From Eledone cirrhosa (taxonomy: Eukaryota), in contig OZ024741.1 in NCBI GenBank assembly GCA_964016885.1, positions 6,944,001 to 7,008,000 on the forward strand: a stretch of 64,000 nucleotides of DNA, read 5' to 3'. The notes beneath the pieces are model-generated. The model made no database searches. It was not told the DNA's origin and saw nothing but the letters and a program-made list of their open reading frames with translations. Position numbers and translations under genes: made by a program. How positions within the stretch are numbered: position 1 is the first letter of the stretch; every line of letters begins with the position of its first letter. Of the stretch, positions 1 through 16,300 are shown piece by piece.

Positions 1-3000
1 CTGGCTATATAACATACCTACTGGTTATATAACTTATATACTGGCTATATAACTTACCTACTGGGTATATAACATACCTACTGGCTATATAACATACCTA
101 CTGGTTATATAACATACCTACTGGCTATATAACATACCTACTGGTTATATAACATACCTACTGGTTATATAACATACCTACTGGCTATATAACATACCTC
201 CTAGCTATATAACATACCTCCTGCCTATATAACATACCTACTGGTTATATAACATACCTCCTAGCTATATAACATACCTTCTGGTTATATAACATAACTA
301 CTGGTTATATAACATACCTCCTAGCTATATAACATACCTTCTGGTTATACAACATACCTTCTGGTTTTATAACATACCTCCTGGCTATATAACATACCTA
401 CTGGCTATATAAATTACCTTCTGGCTATATAACATACTTCCTGGCTATATCACATACCTCCTAGCTATATAACATTCCTCCTGGCTATATAACATACCTA
501 CTGGTTATATAACATACTTACTGGCTATATAACATACCTTCTGGCTATATAACTTACCTCCTGGCTATATAACATACCTACTGGTTATATAACATATATA
601 CTGGCTATATAACTTACCTACTGGTTATATAACATACCTACTGGCTATATAACATACCTACTGGTTATATAACATACCTACTGGCTATATAACATACCTA
701 CTGGTTATATAACATACTTTCTGGCTATATAACTTACCTCTTCGCTATATAACATACCTACTGGTTATATAACATATATACTGGCTATATAACTTACATA
801 CTGGTTATATAACATACCTACTGGCTATAAAACATACATACTGGCTATATAACATCATTCCTACCGGCTATTATACATACCTACTGGCTATATAACAACA
901 AACCTCCTGGCTATATAACAACAAACCTCTTGGCTATATAACTTACCTACTGGCTACATAATATACCTTCTGGCTATATAACATATCTGTTGGCTCCATA
1001 ACTTAACTAGTGGCTATATAATATACTTAGTGGCTATATAACCTACCTACTGACTATATAACATACCTCCTGGCTATAAAATATTCCTCCTGGCTATATA
1101 ACGTACCTGCTCGCTATATATACATAACTACTGACTATATAACATACCTATTTGCTATTTAACATCATACCTACTGGCATTATAACATACCTCCTGATTG
1201 TATAACATATCTACAGGCTATATAACGTTCCTCCTGGCTATATAACATACCTACTGGCTCTATAACATACTTAGTTGCTATATAACATATCTCGGGGCTA
1301 TATAACATAACTACTGGTTATATAACATACCTACTGACTATATAACATACCGCCTGGCTATATAACATACGTACTGGCTATAAAACATACCTCCTGGTTA
1401 TATAACATACCTCCTGGTTATATAATCTACCTACTGGCTATATAACATACCTACTGGCTATATAACATACCTACTGGTAATATAACATATCTACTGGCTA
1501 TATAACATACCTCCTGGTTATATAACATACCTCCTGGTTATATAACATACCTACTGGCTATATAACATACCTACTGGCTATATAACATACCTACTGGCTA
1601 TATAACATACCTACAGGCTATATAACATACCTACTGGTAATATAACATACCTACTGGCTATATAACTTACCTATTGGCTATATAACATAACTACTGGTAA
1701 TATAACATACCTACTGGTTATATAACATACCTACTGCCTATATAACTTACCTATTGGCTATATAACATACCTACTGGTAATATAACATACCTACTGGTTA
1801 TATAACATACCTACTGGCTATATAACTTACCTATTGGCTATATAACATACCTACTGGTTATATAACATACCTACTGGTTATATAACATACCTACTGGCTA
1901 TATAACTTACCTATTGGCGATATAGCATACCTACTAGTTATATAACTTACCTATTGGCTATATAGCATACCTACTGGTTATATAACATACCTAGTGGCTA
2001 TATAACATACCTACTGGCTATAAAACATACCTAGTTTCTATATAACATACCTACTGGTTATATAACATACCTACTGGCTATATAACATACTTACTGGTTA
2101 TATAACATACCTACTGGCTATATAACATACCTACTGGCTATATAACATACCTACTGGTTATATAACATACCTTCTGCCTATATAAATTACCGCTTGGCTA
2201 TATAACATACCTACTGGTTATATAACATATATACTGGCTATATACCTTACCTACTGGTTATATAACATACCTCCTAGCTATATAACATACCATCTGGTTA
2301 TATAACATACCTACTGGTTATATAACATACCTCCTAGCTATATAACATACCTCCTGGCTATATAACATACCTTCTGGCTATATAACATACCTCCTAGCTA
2401 TATAACATACCTCCTGGCTATATAACATACCTACTGGTTATATAACATACCTCCTAGCTATATAATATAGCTTATTGTTATATAACATAACTACTGGTTA
2501 TATAACATACCTCCTAGCTATATAACATACCTCCTGGCTATATAACATACCTCCTGGCTATATAACATAACTACTGGTTATATAACATACCTACTGGCTA
2601 TATAACATACCTCCTGGCTATATAACATACCTTCTGGCTATATAACATACCTCCTAGCTATATAACATACCTCCTGGCTATATAACATACCTACTGGTTA
2701 TATAACATACCTCCTAGCTATATAACATACCTTCTGGTTATATAACATAACTACTGGTTATATAACATACATCCTAGCCTAGCTATATACCATAACTTCT
2801 GGTTATATAACATACCTTCTGGTTTTATAACATACCTCCTGGCTATATAACATAACTACTGGCTATAGAAATTACCTCCTGGCTATATAACATACTTCCT
2901 GGCTATATCACATACCTCCTAGCTATATAACATTCCTCCTGGCTATATAACGTACCTACTGGTTATATAACATACCTACTGTCTATATAACATACCTACT

Positions 3001-6000
3001 GGCTATATAACATACCTCCTGGCTATATAGCATACTTCCTGGCTATATCACATACCTCCTAGCTATATAACATTCCTCCTGGCTATATAACATACCTCCT
3101 GGTTATATAACATACCTACTGGCTATATAACATACCTACTGGCTATATAAATTACCTCCTGCCTATAAAACATACCTACTGGTTATATAACATACCTACT
3201 GGTTATATAACATACCACCTAGCTATATAACATACCTCCTACCTATATAACATACCTTCTGGTTATATAACATACCTTCTGGCTATATAACATACCTACT
3301 GGTTATATAAGATAGCTACTGGATATATAACATACCACCTGGCTATATAACATACCTCCTTTTTATATAACATAACTCCTCGCTATATAACATAACTACC
3401 GGCTATATAACATACCTTCTGGCTATATAACTTACCTCCTGGCTATATAACATACCTACTTGTTATATAACATACCTACTGGCTATATAACATACCTTCT
3501 GGCTATATAACTTACCTCCTGGCTATATAACATACCTACTGGTTATATAACATATATACTGGCTATATAACTTACCTACTGGTTATATAACATACCTACT
3601 GGCTATATAACATACCTACTGGTTATATAACATACCTACTGGCTATATAACATACCTACTGGTTATATAACATACCTACTGGTTATATAACATACCTACT
3701 GGCTATATAACATACCTCCTAGCTATATAACATACCTCCTGGCTATATAACATACCTACTGGTTATATAACATACCTCCTAGCTATATAACATACCTTCT
3801 GGTTATATAACATAACTACTGGTTATATAACATACCTCCTAGCTATATAACATACCTTCTGGTTATACAACATACCTTCTGGTTTTATAACATACCTCCT
3901 GGCTATATAACATACCTACTGGCTATATAAATTACCTTCTGGCTATATAACATACTTCCTGGCTATATCACATACCTCCTAGCTATATAACATTCCTCCT
4001 GGCTATATAACATACCTACTGGTTATATAACATACCTACTGGCTATATAACATACCTTCTGGCTATATAACTTACCTCCTGGCTATATAACATACCTACT
4101 GGTTATATAACATATATACTGGCTATATAACTTACCTACTGGTTATATAACATACCTACTGGCTATATAACATACCTACTGGTTATATAACATACCTACT
4201 GGCTATGTAACATACCTACTGGTTATATAACATACCTACTACCTATATAACATACCTACTGGCTATATAACATACCTACTGGCTATATAACATACCTACT
4301 GGTTATATAACATACCTTCTGGCTATATAACTTACCTCTTGGCTATATAACATACCTACTGGTTATATAACATATATAGTGGCTATATAACTTACCTACT
4401 GGTTATATAACATACCTACTGGCTATAAAACATACATACTGGCTATATAACATCATTCCTACCGGCTATTATACATACCTACTGGCTATATAACAACAAA
4501 CCTCCTGGCTATATAACAACAAACCTCTTGGCTATATAACTTACCTACTGGTTACATAATATACCTTCTGGCTATATAACATATCTATTGGCTCCATAAC
4601 TTAACTAGTGGCTATATAATATACATAGTGGCTATATATCCTACCTACTCACTATATAACATACCTCCTGGCTATAAAATATACCTCCTGGCTATATAAC
4701 GTACCTGCTCGCTATATATACATAACTACTGACTATATAACATAACTATTTGCTATTTAACATCATACCTACTGGCATTATAACATACCTCCTGATTGTA
4801 TAACATATCTACGGGCTATATAACGTACCTCCTGGCTATATAACATACCTACTGGCTCTATAACATACTTAGTTGCTATATAACATATCTCGGGGCTATA
4901 TAACATAACTACTGGTTATATAACATACCTACTGGCTATATAACATACCTACTGGCTATATAACATACCGCCTGGCTATACAACATACCTACTGGCTATA
5001 TAATATACGTACTGGCTATAAAACATACATCCTGGCTATATAACATACCTCCTGGTTATATAACATACCTCCTGGTTATATAACATACCTACTGGCTATA
5101 TAACATACCTACTGGCTATATAACATACCTACTGGCTATATAACATACCTACTGGCTATATAACATACCTACTGGTAATATAACATATCTACTGGCTATA
5201 TAACATACCTCCTGGTTATATAACATACCTCCTGGTTATATAACATACCTACTGGCTATATAACATACCTACTGGCTATATAACATACTTACTGGCTATA
5301 TAACATACCTACTGGCTATATAACATACCTACTGGTAATATAACATACCTACTGGCTATATAACTTACCTATTGGCTATATAACATACCTACTGGTAATA
5401 TAACATACCTACTGGTTATATAACATACCTACTGGCTATATAACTTACCTATTGGCTATATAACATACCTACTGGTAATATAACATACCTACTGGTTATA
5501 TAACATACCTACTGGCTATATAACTTACCTATTGGCTATATAACATACCTACTGGTTATATAACATACCTACTGGTTATATAACATACCTACTGGCTATA
5601 TAACTTACCTATTGGCTATATAGCATACCTACTGGTTATATAACTTACCTATTGGCTATATAGCATACCTACTGGTTATATAACATACCTACTGGCTATA
5701 TAACATACTTACTGTTTATATAACATACCTACTGGCTATATAACATACCTACTGGCAATATAACATACCTACTGACTATATAACATATCTACTGGCTATA
5801 AAACATATCTACTTGCTATATAACATATCTACTGGTTATATAACATACCTCCTAGGTATAAAACATACCTACTGGCTATATAACATACCTACTGGCTATA
5901 TAACATACCTACTGACTATATAACATATCTACTGGCTATAAAACATATCTACTTGCGATATAACATATCTACTGGCTATATAACATACCTCCTGACTATA

Positions 6001-7383
6001 TAACATACCTACCGGCTATATAACATAACTACTGGCTATATAACCTACCTACTGTTTACATAACATACTTACTGGCTATATAACATACCTCCTGGTTACA
6101 TAACATACCTCTTGGCTATATAACATACCTACTGGCTATATAACATATCTACTGGCTATATAACATACCTCCTGACTATATAACATACCTACCGGCTATA
6201 TAACATAACTACTGGCTATATAACATACCTACTACTTATATAACATACTTACTGGCTATATAACATACATCCTGGCTACATAACATACCTATTCCCTATA
6301 TAACATACCTACTGGCTATATAACATACCTTCTAGCTATATAACATACCTACTGGCTATATAACATACCTCCTAGCTATATAACATAACTACTGGCTATA
6401 TAACATACCTCCTGGCTATATAACATACCTCCTGTTTTTATAACACACCTACTGGTTATATAACATATCTACAGGCAATATAACATACCTACTGGCTATA
6501 TAACAACAAACCTCCTGGCTATATAACAACAAACCTTCTGGCTATATAACTTACCTAATGGCTATATAATATACCTTCTGGCTATATAACAATTCCGTTG
6601 GCTCCATAGCTTAACTAGTGGCTATATAATATACTTAGTGGCTATATAACCTACCTACTGACTATATAACATACCTCCTGGCTATAAAATATACCTCCTG
6701 GCTATATAACGTACCTGCTCGCTATATATACATAACTACTGGCTATATAACATACCTATTTGCTATTTAACATCATACCTACTGGCATTATAACATACCT
6801 CTTGGATATATAACATACCTACAGGCTATATAACATATCTACTGGCTATATAACAAACCTCCTGGTTGTATAACATACCTACAGGCTACATAACGTACCT
6901 CCTGGCTATATAACATACCTACTGGCTCTATAACATACTTAGTTGCTATATAACATATCTCGGGGCTATATAACATAAATACTGGCAATATAACATACCT
7001 ACTGACTATATAACATACCGCCTGGCAATATAACTTACCTTCTGGCAATATAACATACCTTCTGGCTATATAACATACCTACTGGCTATATAACATCATA
7101 CTTCCTGGCTATATAACATCATAACTACAGGCTATATAACATACCTTTTGGCTATATAACATACCTCCTGGCTATATAACATACCTACTGGCTATACAAC
7201 ATATCTACTGGCTATATAACATACCTACTGGCTATATAACATACCTCCTGGCTATATAACATACCTACCGGCTATATAACATACCTACTGGTTATATAAC
7301 ATACCTACTGGCTATATATCATACCTACTTGCTATATAACATACCTACTGGCTATATATCATACCTACTTGCTATATAACATA
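1..7383. repeat. 20-bp satellite, consensus CTGGCTATATAACATACCTA, with about 3.5-3.6 kb higher-order duplication
   Basis: Continuous 20-bp periodicity. The diagnostic variant block AACATCATTCCTACCGGCTATTATAC occurs at 851 and 4449, and a more diverged copy of the adjacent variants lies at about 6500-7050. The array runs off the window start. Confidence 0.97.
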
Positions 7384-10300
7384 GTCCTTCCACTCAGACC
7401 AAAGACCATTCTCTTCAACCAAAGACCTTCCTCTTCCACCAAAGTACTTCCTCTTCTACCAAAGTCCTTCCCCTTCCGTCAAAGTCCTTCCTCTTCTACC
7501 AAAGTCCTTCCACTTCTGTCAAAGTCCTTCCACTTCTACCAAGACCTTCCTCTTCTACCAAAATTCTTCAGCTTCTACCAAAGACCTTCCTCTTCTACCG
7601 AACTCCTCCCCTTCTACCAAAGTCCTTCCCCTTCTATCAAAGTCCTTCCACTTCTACCAAAGTCCTTCCCCTTCTATCAAAGTCCTTCCTCTTCTCTCAA
7701 AGTCCTTCCCCTTCTACCAAATTTCTTCCACTTCTAACAAAGTCCTTTCTCTTCTACCAAAGTCCTTCCTCTTCTGTTAAATTCCTTCCCCTTCTACCAA
7801 AGTACTTCCCCTTCTAAAAAGAGTCATTCCACTTCTACCAAAGTGCTTCCTCTTCTACCAAAGTCCTTCATCGACTACCAATGTCCTTCCCCTTCTGTTA
7901 CGGTCCTTCCTCTCCTACCAAAGACCTTCCTCTTCTACCAAAGTCCTTCCACCTCTACCAAAGTCCTTCGTCTTCTACCAATGTTCTTCCCCTTCTGTTA
8001 AAGTCACTCCTCTTCTACCAATGTTCTTCCCTTCTGTCAAAGTCCATCCTTTTCTACCAAAGTCCTTCCCCTTCTGTCAAATTTCTTCCACTTCTACCAA
8101 AGTCCTTCCTCTCCTACCAAAGTCCTTCCTCTTCTATCCAAGACCTTCCCCTTCTGTCAAAGTCCTTCCCCTTCTACCAAAGTCCTTCCTCTTCTCTCAA
8201 AGACTTTCCTCTTCTACCAAAGACCTTCATCTTCTACCAAGTCCTTCCCCTTCTATCAAATTCTTTCCCCTTCTACCAAAGTCCTTCCTTTTCTGTCAAA
8301 GTCCTTCCCCTTCTATCAAAGTTCTTCCACATCTACGAAAGACCTTCCCCTTCAACCAAAGTCCTTCCTCTTCTGCCAAAGTCCTTCCACTTCTACCAAA
8401 GTCCTTCCACTTCTACCAAAGACATTCCTCTTCTACCAAAAGCCTTCATCTTCTACCAAAGTCCTTCCACTTCTACCAAAGTACTTCCACTTCTACCAAA
8501 GTCCTTCCTCCCCTACCAAAAGTCATCCCCTTCTGTCAAAGTCCTTCCGCTTCTGCCAAAGTCCTTCCGCTTCTACCATAGTTCTTCCCCTTCTGTTAAA
8601 GTCCTTCCTCTTCTACCAAAGTCCTTCCTCTCCTACCAAAGTCCTTCCACTTCTGTGAAAGTCCTTACCCTTCTACCAAAGTCCTTCCACTTCTACGAAA
8701 GACCTTCCTCTTCTACCAAAGTCCTTTCTCTTCTACCCAAGTCCTTCCTCTTCTGTAAAAGTCCTCCCCGTTCTACCAAACTCCTTCCTCTTCTCTCAAA
8801 GTCCTTCCCCTTTTACCAAATTCCTTTTTCTTCTACCAAAGTCCTTCCTCTCTACCAAAGTCCTTCCCCTTCTGTTAAATTCCTTCCCCTTCATCTTCCT
8901 CTTCTGCCAAAGTTTTTCCACTTCTACCAAATTCATTCCACTTCTACCAAAATCCTTCCACTTGTACCAAAGACCTTCCTCTTCTGCCAAAATCCTTCCA
9001 CTTCTACCAAAGTCCTTCCTATTCTACCAAAGTCCTTCCTCTCCTACCAAAGGCCTTCCCCTTCTGTGAAAGTCCTTCCGCTTCTACCAAAGTCCTTCCT
9101 CTTCTACCGATGACCTTCCTCTTCTACCAAACTCCTTCCCCTTCTGTCAATGTCCGTCCCATTCTACCAAATACTTCCCCTTCTACCAAAGTCCTTCCAC
9201 TTCTACAAAAGACCTTCCTTTTCTACCAAAGTTCTTCCTCTTCTATCAAAGTCCTTCCCCTTCTACCAAAGTCCTTCCACTTCTACCAAAGACCTTCCTC
9301 TTCTACCAAAGTCCTTCCTCTTCTATCCAAGACCTTCCCCTTCTGTCACAGTCCTTCCCCTTCTACCAAAGTCCTTCCACTTCTCTCAAAGTCCTACCCC
9401 TTCTAAAAAGAGTCATTACACTTCTACCAAAGTCCTTCCTCTTCTCCTAAAGTCCTTCCTTTTCTACCAAAGTCCTTCGCCTTCTACAAAGTCCTTCCAC
9501 TTCTGTCAAATTCCTCCCCTTCTACAAAGTCCTTCCTCTTCTACCAAAGTCCTTCTACTTCTGCTAAAGTCTTTCCTCTTCTATTAATGTCCTTCCTCCC
9601 CTAACAAAGACTTTCCTCTTCTGCCAAAGTCCTTCCACTTCTACCAAAGTCCGTCCTCTTCAACCAAAGTACTTCCTCTTCTACCAAAGTAATCCCTCTT
9701 CTCCCAAAGTCCTTACCCTTATTTCAAAGTCCTTCCTCTTCTACAAAAGTCTTTCCACTTCTACCAAAGTCCTCCATCTTCTGTCAAAGTCCTTCCACTT
9801 CTACCAACGTCCTTCCACTCCTACCAAGACCTTCCTCATCTCCCAAAGTCCTTCCACTTCTACCATAGACCTTCTCCTTCTGCCAAAGTCCTACCCCTTC
9901 TACCAAATTCCTTCCTCTTCTACCAAAGTCGATCCTCTTCTACCAAAGTCCTTCCTTTTCTGTCAAATTACATCCCCTTCTACCAATGACCTTCCACTTC
10001 TAAGAAAGACCTTCCTCTTCTACCAAAGTCCTTCCTCTTCTACCAAAGTCCTTCCCCTTCTAAAAAGAGTCATTCCACTTCAACCAATGTCCTTCCTCTT
10101 CTACTAAAGTCCTTCCTTTTTCTACCAAAGTTCTTCCCCTTCTGTCAAATTTTTTCCACTTCTACCAAAGTCCTTCCTCTCCTTCCAAAGTGCTTCCTCT
10201 TCTACCAAAGTCTTTCCACTTCTACCAATGTCCTTCCCATTCTGTAACCGGCCCTCCTCTCCTACCAAAGACCTTCCTCTTCTACCAAAGTCCTCCACGT

Positions 10301-13300
10301 CTACCAAAGTCCCTCCCCTCTACAAAAGTCCTTTCTCTTCTAATAAAGTCCTTCCTTTTCTACCAAATTCCTTCCCCTTCTGTCAAAGTCCTTCCACTTC
10401 TACCAAAGTCCTTCCTCTCCTACCAAAGTCCTTTGTCTTATACCAAAGTCCTTCCACTTCTACCAAAGACCTTCCACTCCTACTAAAGACCTTTCTCCTC
10501 TACCAAAGACCTTCCTCTTCTAGCAAAGTCCTTCCACTTTTAGCGAAGCCCTTCCTCTTCTGTCAAAGTCCTTCCCTTCTAACAAAGTCCTTCCACTTCT
10601 ACCAAAATACTTCCTCTCTTACCAAAGTACTTTCTCTTCTACCAAAATCATTCCCCTTCCGTCAAAGTCCTTCCTCTCCTACCAAAGTCCTTCCACTTCT
10701 ACCAAAGTCCTTCCTCTCCTACCAAAGTCCTCCCTCTTCTGTCAAAGTCCTTCTACTAGTACCAGCGTCCTTCCACTCCTACCAAGACCTTCCTCTTCTA
10801 CAAAAATTCCTCCCACTTCTACTATAGACCTTCGTCTTCTACCAAAATTCTTCAACTAATTCCAAAGAGCTTCCTCTTCTACCGAACTTCTTCCACTTCT
10901 ACCAAAGCCCTTCCACGTCTACCAAAGTCCTTTTTCTTCTACCAAAATCCTTCCTCTTCTAGCAAAGTCCTTCCACTTCTACCAAAGTCCTTCCTTTTTG
11001 GTCAAAGTCCTTCCCCTTCTACCAAATGCCTTCCACTTCTAAGAAAGAGCTTCCTCTTCTACCAAAGTCATTCCCCTTCTACCAAAGTACTTCCCCCTTC
11101 TTGTAAAGTCCTTCCCCTACTACCAAAGTCCTTCCCCTTCTGTCAAAGTAGTTCTCCTTCTACCAAAGTCCTTTCCCTTCTACCAAAGACCTTCCTCATT
11201 TACCAAAGTCCTTCCCCTTCTACCAAAGTACTTCCTTTTTCTGTTAAAGTCCTTCCCCTTCTACCAAGGTCCTTCCCCTTCTACCAAAGTCCTTCCCCTT
11301 CTGCCAAAGTCCTTCCCCTTCAACCAAAGTCCATCCACTTCTAAGAACGTCCTTTCTCTTCTCCCAAAATCCTTCCACATCTACTTAAGACGTTCCTCTT
11401 CTGTCAAAGTCCTTCCACTTCTACCAAAGCTCTTCGTCTCCTACCAAAGACCTTCGTCTTCTGTCAAAGTCCTTCCTCTTCTACCAAAGTCATTCCCCAT
11501 CTACCAATGTCCTTCCCCTTCTGTTAAGGTCCTTCATCTTCTACCAAAGTCCTTCCTCTCCTACCAAAGACCTTCCTCTTCTACTAAAGTCCTACCCTTT
11601 CTACTAAAGTCCTTCCCTTTAAACCAAAGTGCTTCCCCTTCTGTCAAAGTTCTTCCACTTCTACCAAAGTCCTTCCACTTCTGCCCAAGCCCTTCTTCTC
11701 TTACCAAAGTCCTTCGTCTTCTACCAAAGTCCTTCCTCTTCTACCGAAGTCCTTACTCTTCTACCAAAGTCTTTCCACTTCTACCAAAGTCTTTCTGCTT
11801 CTGTCAAAGTCCTTCCCTTCTGCCAAAATCCTTCATCTTCTAACAAAGTCCTTCCCCTTCAACCAAAGTCTTTCCTCTTCTGTGAAAGTCCTTCCTCTCC
11901 CACTAAATTACTTTCTCTTCTAACAAAGTCCTTCCACTTCTACCAAAGGCCTTCCCCTTCTACCAAAGTCCTTCATCTTCTCTCAAAGTCCTTCCTCATC
12001 TACCAAAGTCCTTTATCTCCTACCAAAGTCCTTCCCCTTCTGTCAAAGTCCTCCCCCTTCTACCAAAGTCATTCCACTTCTACGAAAGACCTTCGTCTTC
12101 TATCAAAGTTCTTCATCTTCTGTCAAAGTCCTTCCCCTTCTACCAAAGTCCTTCTACCAAAGTCCTTCTACCAAAGTCCTTCTACCAAAGACCTTCCTCT
12201 TCTACCAAACTCCTTCCTCTTCTACCCAAGACCTTCCCCTTCTGTCAAAGTCCTACCACTTCTACCAAATTTCTTCCTCTTCTACCAAAGTCGCTCCTCT
12301 TCTATCAAAGTCCTTCCTTTTCTGTCAAATTACATCCCTTCTACCAAAGTCCTTCCACTTCTACGAAAGACATTCCTCTTCTACCAAACTCCTTCCTCTT
12401 CTACCAAAGTCCTTCCCCTTCTAAAAAGAGTCATTCCACTTCTACCAAAGTCCTTCCTCTTCTACTAAAGTCCTTCCTTTTTCTACCAAAGTTCTTCCCC
12501 TTCTGTCAAATTTTTTCCACTTCTACCAAAGTCCTTCCTCTCCTTCCAAAGTCCTTCCTCTTCTACCAAAGTCCTTCCACTTCTACCAATGTCCTTCCCC
12601 TTCTGTTACGGTCCCTCCTCTCCTACCAAAGACCATTCTCTTCTACCAAAGTCCTTCCACGTCTACCAAAGTCCTTCCTCTTCTACAAAAGTCCTTTCTC
12701 TTCTAATAAAGTCCTTCCTTTTCTACCAAATTCCTTCTCCTTCTGTCAAATTTCTTCCACTTCTACCAAAGTCCTTCATCTCCTACCAAAGTCCTTCGTC
12801 TTCTACCAAAGTCCTTCCACTTCTACCAAAGACCTTCTTCTTCTACCAGAGTCCTTTCCTTTCTACCAAATTCCTTCCATTTCTACCAAAGACTTTTCTC
12901 CTCTACCAAAGACCTTCCTGTTCTAGCAAAGTCCTTCCACTTTTAGCGAAGCCCTTCCTCTTCTGTCAAAGTCCTTCCCCTTCTAACAAAGTCCTTCCAC
13001 TTCTACCAAACTCCTTCCCCTTCTACCAAAATACTTCCGCTTTTACCAAAGTACTTTCTCTTCTACCAAAATCATTCCCCTTCCGTCAAAGTCATTCCTC
13101 TCCTACCAAAGTCCTCCCTCTTCTGTCAAAGTCCTTCCACTAGTACCAGCGTCATTCCACTCCCACCAAGACCTTCCTCTTCTACCAAAGTTCTACCATA
13201 GACCTTCGTCTTCTACCAAAATTCTTCAACTAATTCCAAAGATTTTCCTCTTCTACCAAACTACTTCCCCTTCTACCAAAGCCCTTCCACGTCTACCAAA

Positions 13301-16300
13301 GTCTTTTTTCTTCTAGCAAAGTCCTTCCCCTTCTAGCAAAGTCCTTCCTTTTCGGTCAAAGTCCTTCCCCTTCTACCAAATGCTTTCCACTTCTAAGAAA
13401 GACATTCCTCTTCTACCAAAGTCCTTCCCCTTCTACCAAAGTATTTCCCCCTTCTGGTAAAGTCCTTCCCCTTCTACCAAAGTCCTTCCCCTTCTGTCAA
13501 TGTAGTTCTCCTTCTACCAAAGTCATTTCTCTTCTACCAAAGACCTTCCTCTTTTACCAAAGTCCTTCCTCTTCTACCAAAGTCCTTCCCTTTCTACCAA
13601 AGTAGTTCCCTTTTCTGTTAAAGTCCTTCCCCTTCTACCAAAGTCCTTCCCCTTCTACAAAAGTCCTTCCCCTTCTACCAAAGTCTTTCCCCTTCTGCCA
13701 AAGTCCTTCCCCTTCTACCAAATTCCACCCACTTCTAACAACGTCCTTTCTCTTCTCCCCAAATCCTTCCACATCTACTAAAGACCTTCCTCTTCTGTCA
13801 AAGTCCTTCCACTTCTACCAAAGCTTTTCGTCTCCTACCAAAGACCTACCTCTTCTGTCAAAGTCCTTCCTCTTCTACCAAAGTCATTCCCCATCTACCA
13901 ATGTCCTTCCCCTTCTGTTAAGGTCCTTCATCTTCTACCAAAGTCCTTCCTCTCCTACCAAAGACCTTCCTCTTCTACCAAAGTCCTACCCTTTCTACTA
14001 AAGTCCTTCCCTTTCAACCAAAGTGCTTCCCCTTCTGTCAAAGTTCTTCCACTTCTACCAAAGTCCTTCCTCTTCTACCAAAGTCCTTCCTCTCTTACCA
14101 AAGCCCTTCGTCTTCTACAAAAGTCCTTCCCCTTCTACCAAAGTCTTTCCCCTTCTGCCAAAGTCCTACCCCTTCTACCAAATTCCACCCACTTCTAACA
14201 ACGTCCTTTCTCTTCTCCCCAAATCCTTCCACATCTACTAAAGACCTTCCTCTTCTGTCAAAGTCCTTCCACTTCTACCAAAGCTTTTCGGCTCCTACCA
14301 AAGACCTACCTCTTCTGTCAAAGTCCTTCCTCTTCTACCAAAGTCATTCCCCATCTACCAATGTCCTTCCCCTTCTGTTAAGGTCCTTCATCTTCTACCA
14401 AAGACCTTCCTCTTCTACCAAAGTCCTTCCCTTTCAACCAAAATGCTTCCCCTTCTGTCAAAGTTCTTCCACTTCTACCAAAGTCCTTCCTCTTCTACCA
14501 AAGTCCTTCCTCTCTTACCAAAGCCCTTCGTCTTCTACCAAAGTCCTTCCTCTTCTACCGAAGTCCTTACTCTTCTACCAAAGTCTTTCCACTTCTACCA
14601 AATACCTTCCTCTTCTACCAAAGTCCTTCATCTCCTACCAAAGTCCTTCCACTTCTGTCAAAGTCCTTCCATTTCTACCAAAGTGCTTCCCCTTCTAACA
14701 AAGTCCTTCCTTTCCTACCAAAGTCCTGCCACTTCTCTCAAAGTCCTTACCCTTCTACCAAAGTCCTTTCTCTCCTACCAAAGTCCTTGCTATTCTACCA
14801 AAGTACTTCCTCTCCTACCAAAGTCCTTCATATTCTACCAAAATCCTTCCACTTCTACCAAATACCTTCCTCTTATACCAAAGTCCTTCCACTTCTAGCA
14901 AAGGCCTTTCTCTTCTATCAGAGTTTTCCCCTTCTACCAGAGTCCTTCCTCTCCAACCAAAGTCCTTCCACTTCTGTCAAAGTCCTTCCCCTTCTACCAA
15001 ACCCCTTCCTTTTCTACCAAAGTTCTTCCACTTCTACCAAAGTCCTTCCTCTTCTGTCAAACCCCTTCCCCTTCTACTAAAGACCTTCCTCATCTACCAA
15101 AATTCTTGAACTTCTACCAAAGACCTTCCACTTCTACCAAAGTCCTTCCTCTTCTACAAAAGTCCTTGCACATCTAACAAAGACCTTCCCCTTCTGTCAA
15201 AGTCCTTCCACTGCTCCAAAGTCCTTCCTCTCCTACCAAAGTCCTTCCAGTTCTGTCAAAGTCCTTCCTCTCCTACCAAAGACCTTCCTCTTCTACCAAA
15301 GTCGTTCCACTTCTACCAAAGTCCCTCCTCTTCTAGTAAAGTCCTTCCCTTTCTACCAATGTCCTTCCACTTCTGCCAAAATCCTTCCTCTTCTTCCAAA
15401 GTCCTTCCTCTTGTCCCAAAGTACTTCCTCTCCTGCCAAAGTCCTTCGTCTTCTCCCAAAGTCCTTCCACTTCTACCAAATATCTTCCCCTTCTACCAAA
15501 GTCCTTCCTCTCCTACCAAAGTCCTTCCTCTTCTGTCAAATTCCTTCCATTTCTACCAAAGTCCTTCCCCTTCTACCAAAGTCCTTCCTTTCCTACCAAA
15601 GTCCTTCCCCTTCTCTCAAAGTCCTTACCCTTCTAACAAAGTATTTTCTCTCCTACCAAAGTCCTTGCTCTTCTACCAAAGTACTTCCTCTCCTACCAAA
15701 GTCCTTCGTCTTCTCCCAAAGTCTTTCCACTTGACCAAAGACCTTTCTCTTCTACTAGAGTCCTTCCCCTTCTACCAACGTCCTTCCTCTTCTACTAAAA
15801 TCCTTCCCCTTCTACAAAGTCCTTCCCCTTCTGTTAAAGTCCTTCCCCTTCTACCAAACTGCTTCGCCTTCTGTCAAACTGCTTCCCCTTCTACCAAAGT
15901 CCTTCCACTTTTACCAAAGATCTTCCTCGTCTACCAAAGTCCTTCCTCTTCTACCAACGTCCTTCCCCTTCTGTCAAAGTCCTTCCCCTTCCACCAAAGT
16001 CCTTCCACTTCTACTAAACTCCTTCCCTTTCTACCAAAGTCCTTCCCCTTGTGTCAAAGTTCTTCCACTTCTATCAAAGTCCTTCCCCTTCTACCAAAGT
16101 CCTTCGGCTTCTGTCAACGCCCTTCCACTTCTACCAAAGTCATTCCCCTTCTCTCAAAGTCCTTACCCTTCTAACAAAGTCCATCCTCTTCTACCAAAGT
16201 CCTTCCTCTCCTACCAAAGTCCTTTCTCTTCTACCAAAGTCCTTTCTCTTGTACCAAAGTCCTTCTCTTCTGCCAAAGTCCTTCCTCTTCTAACAAATTC

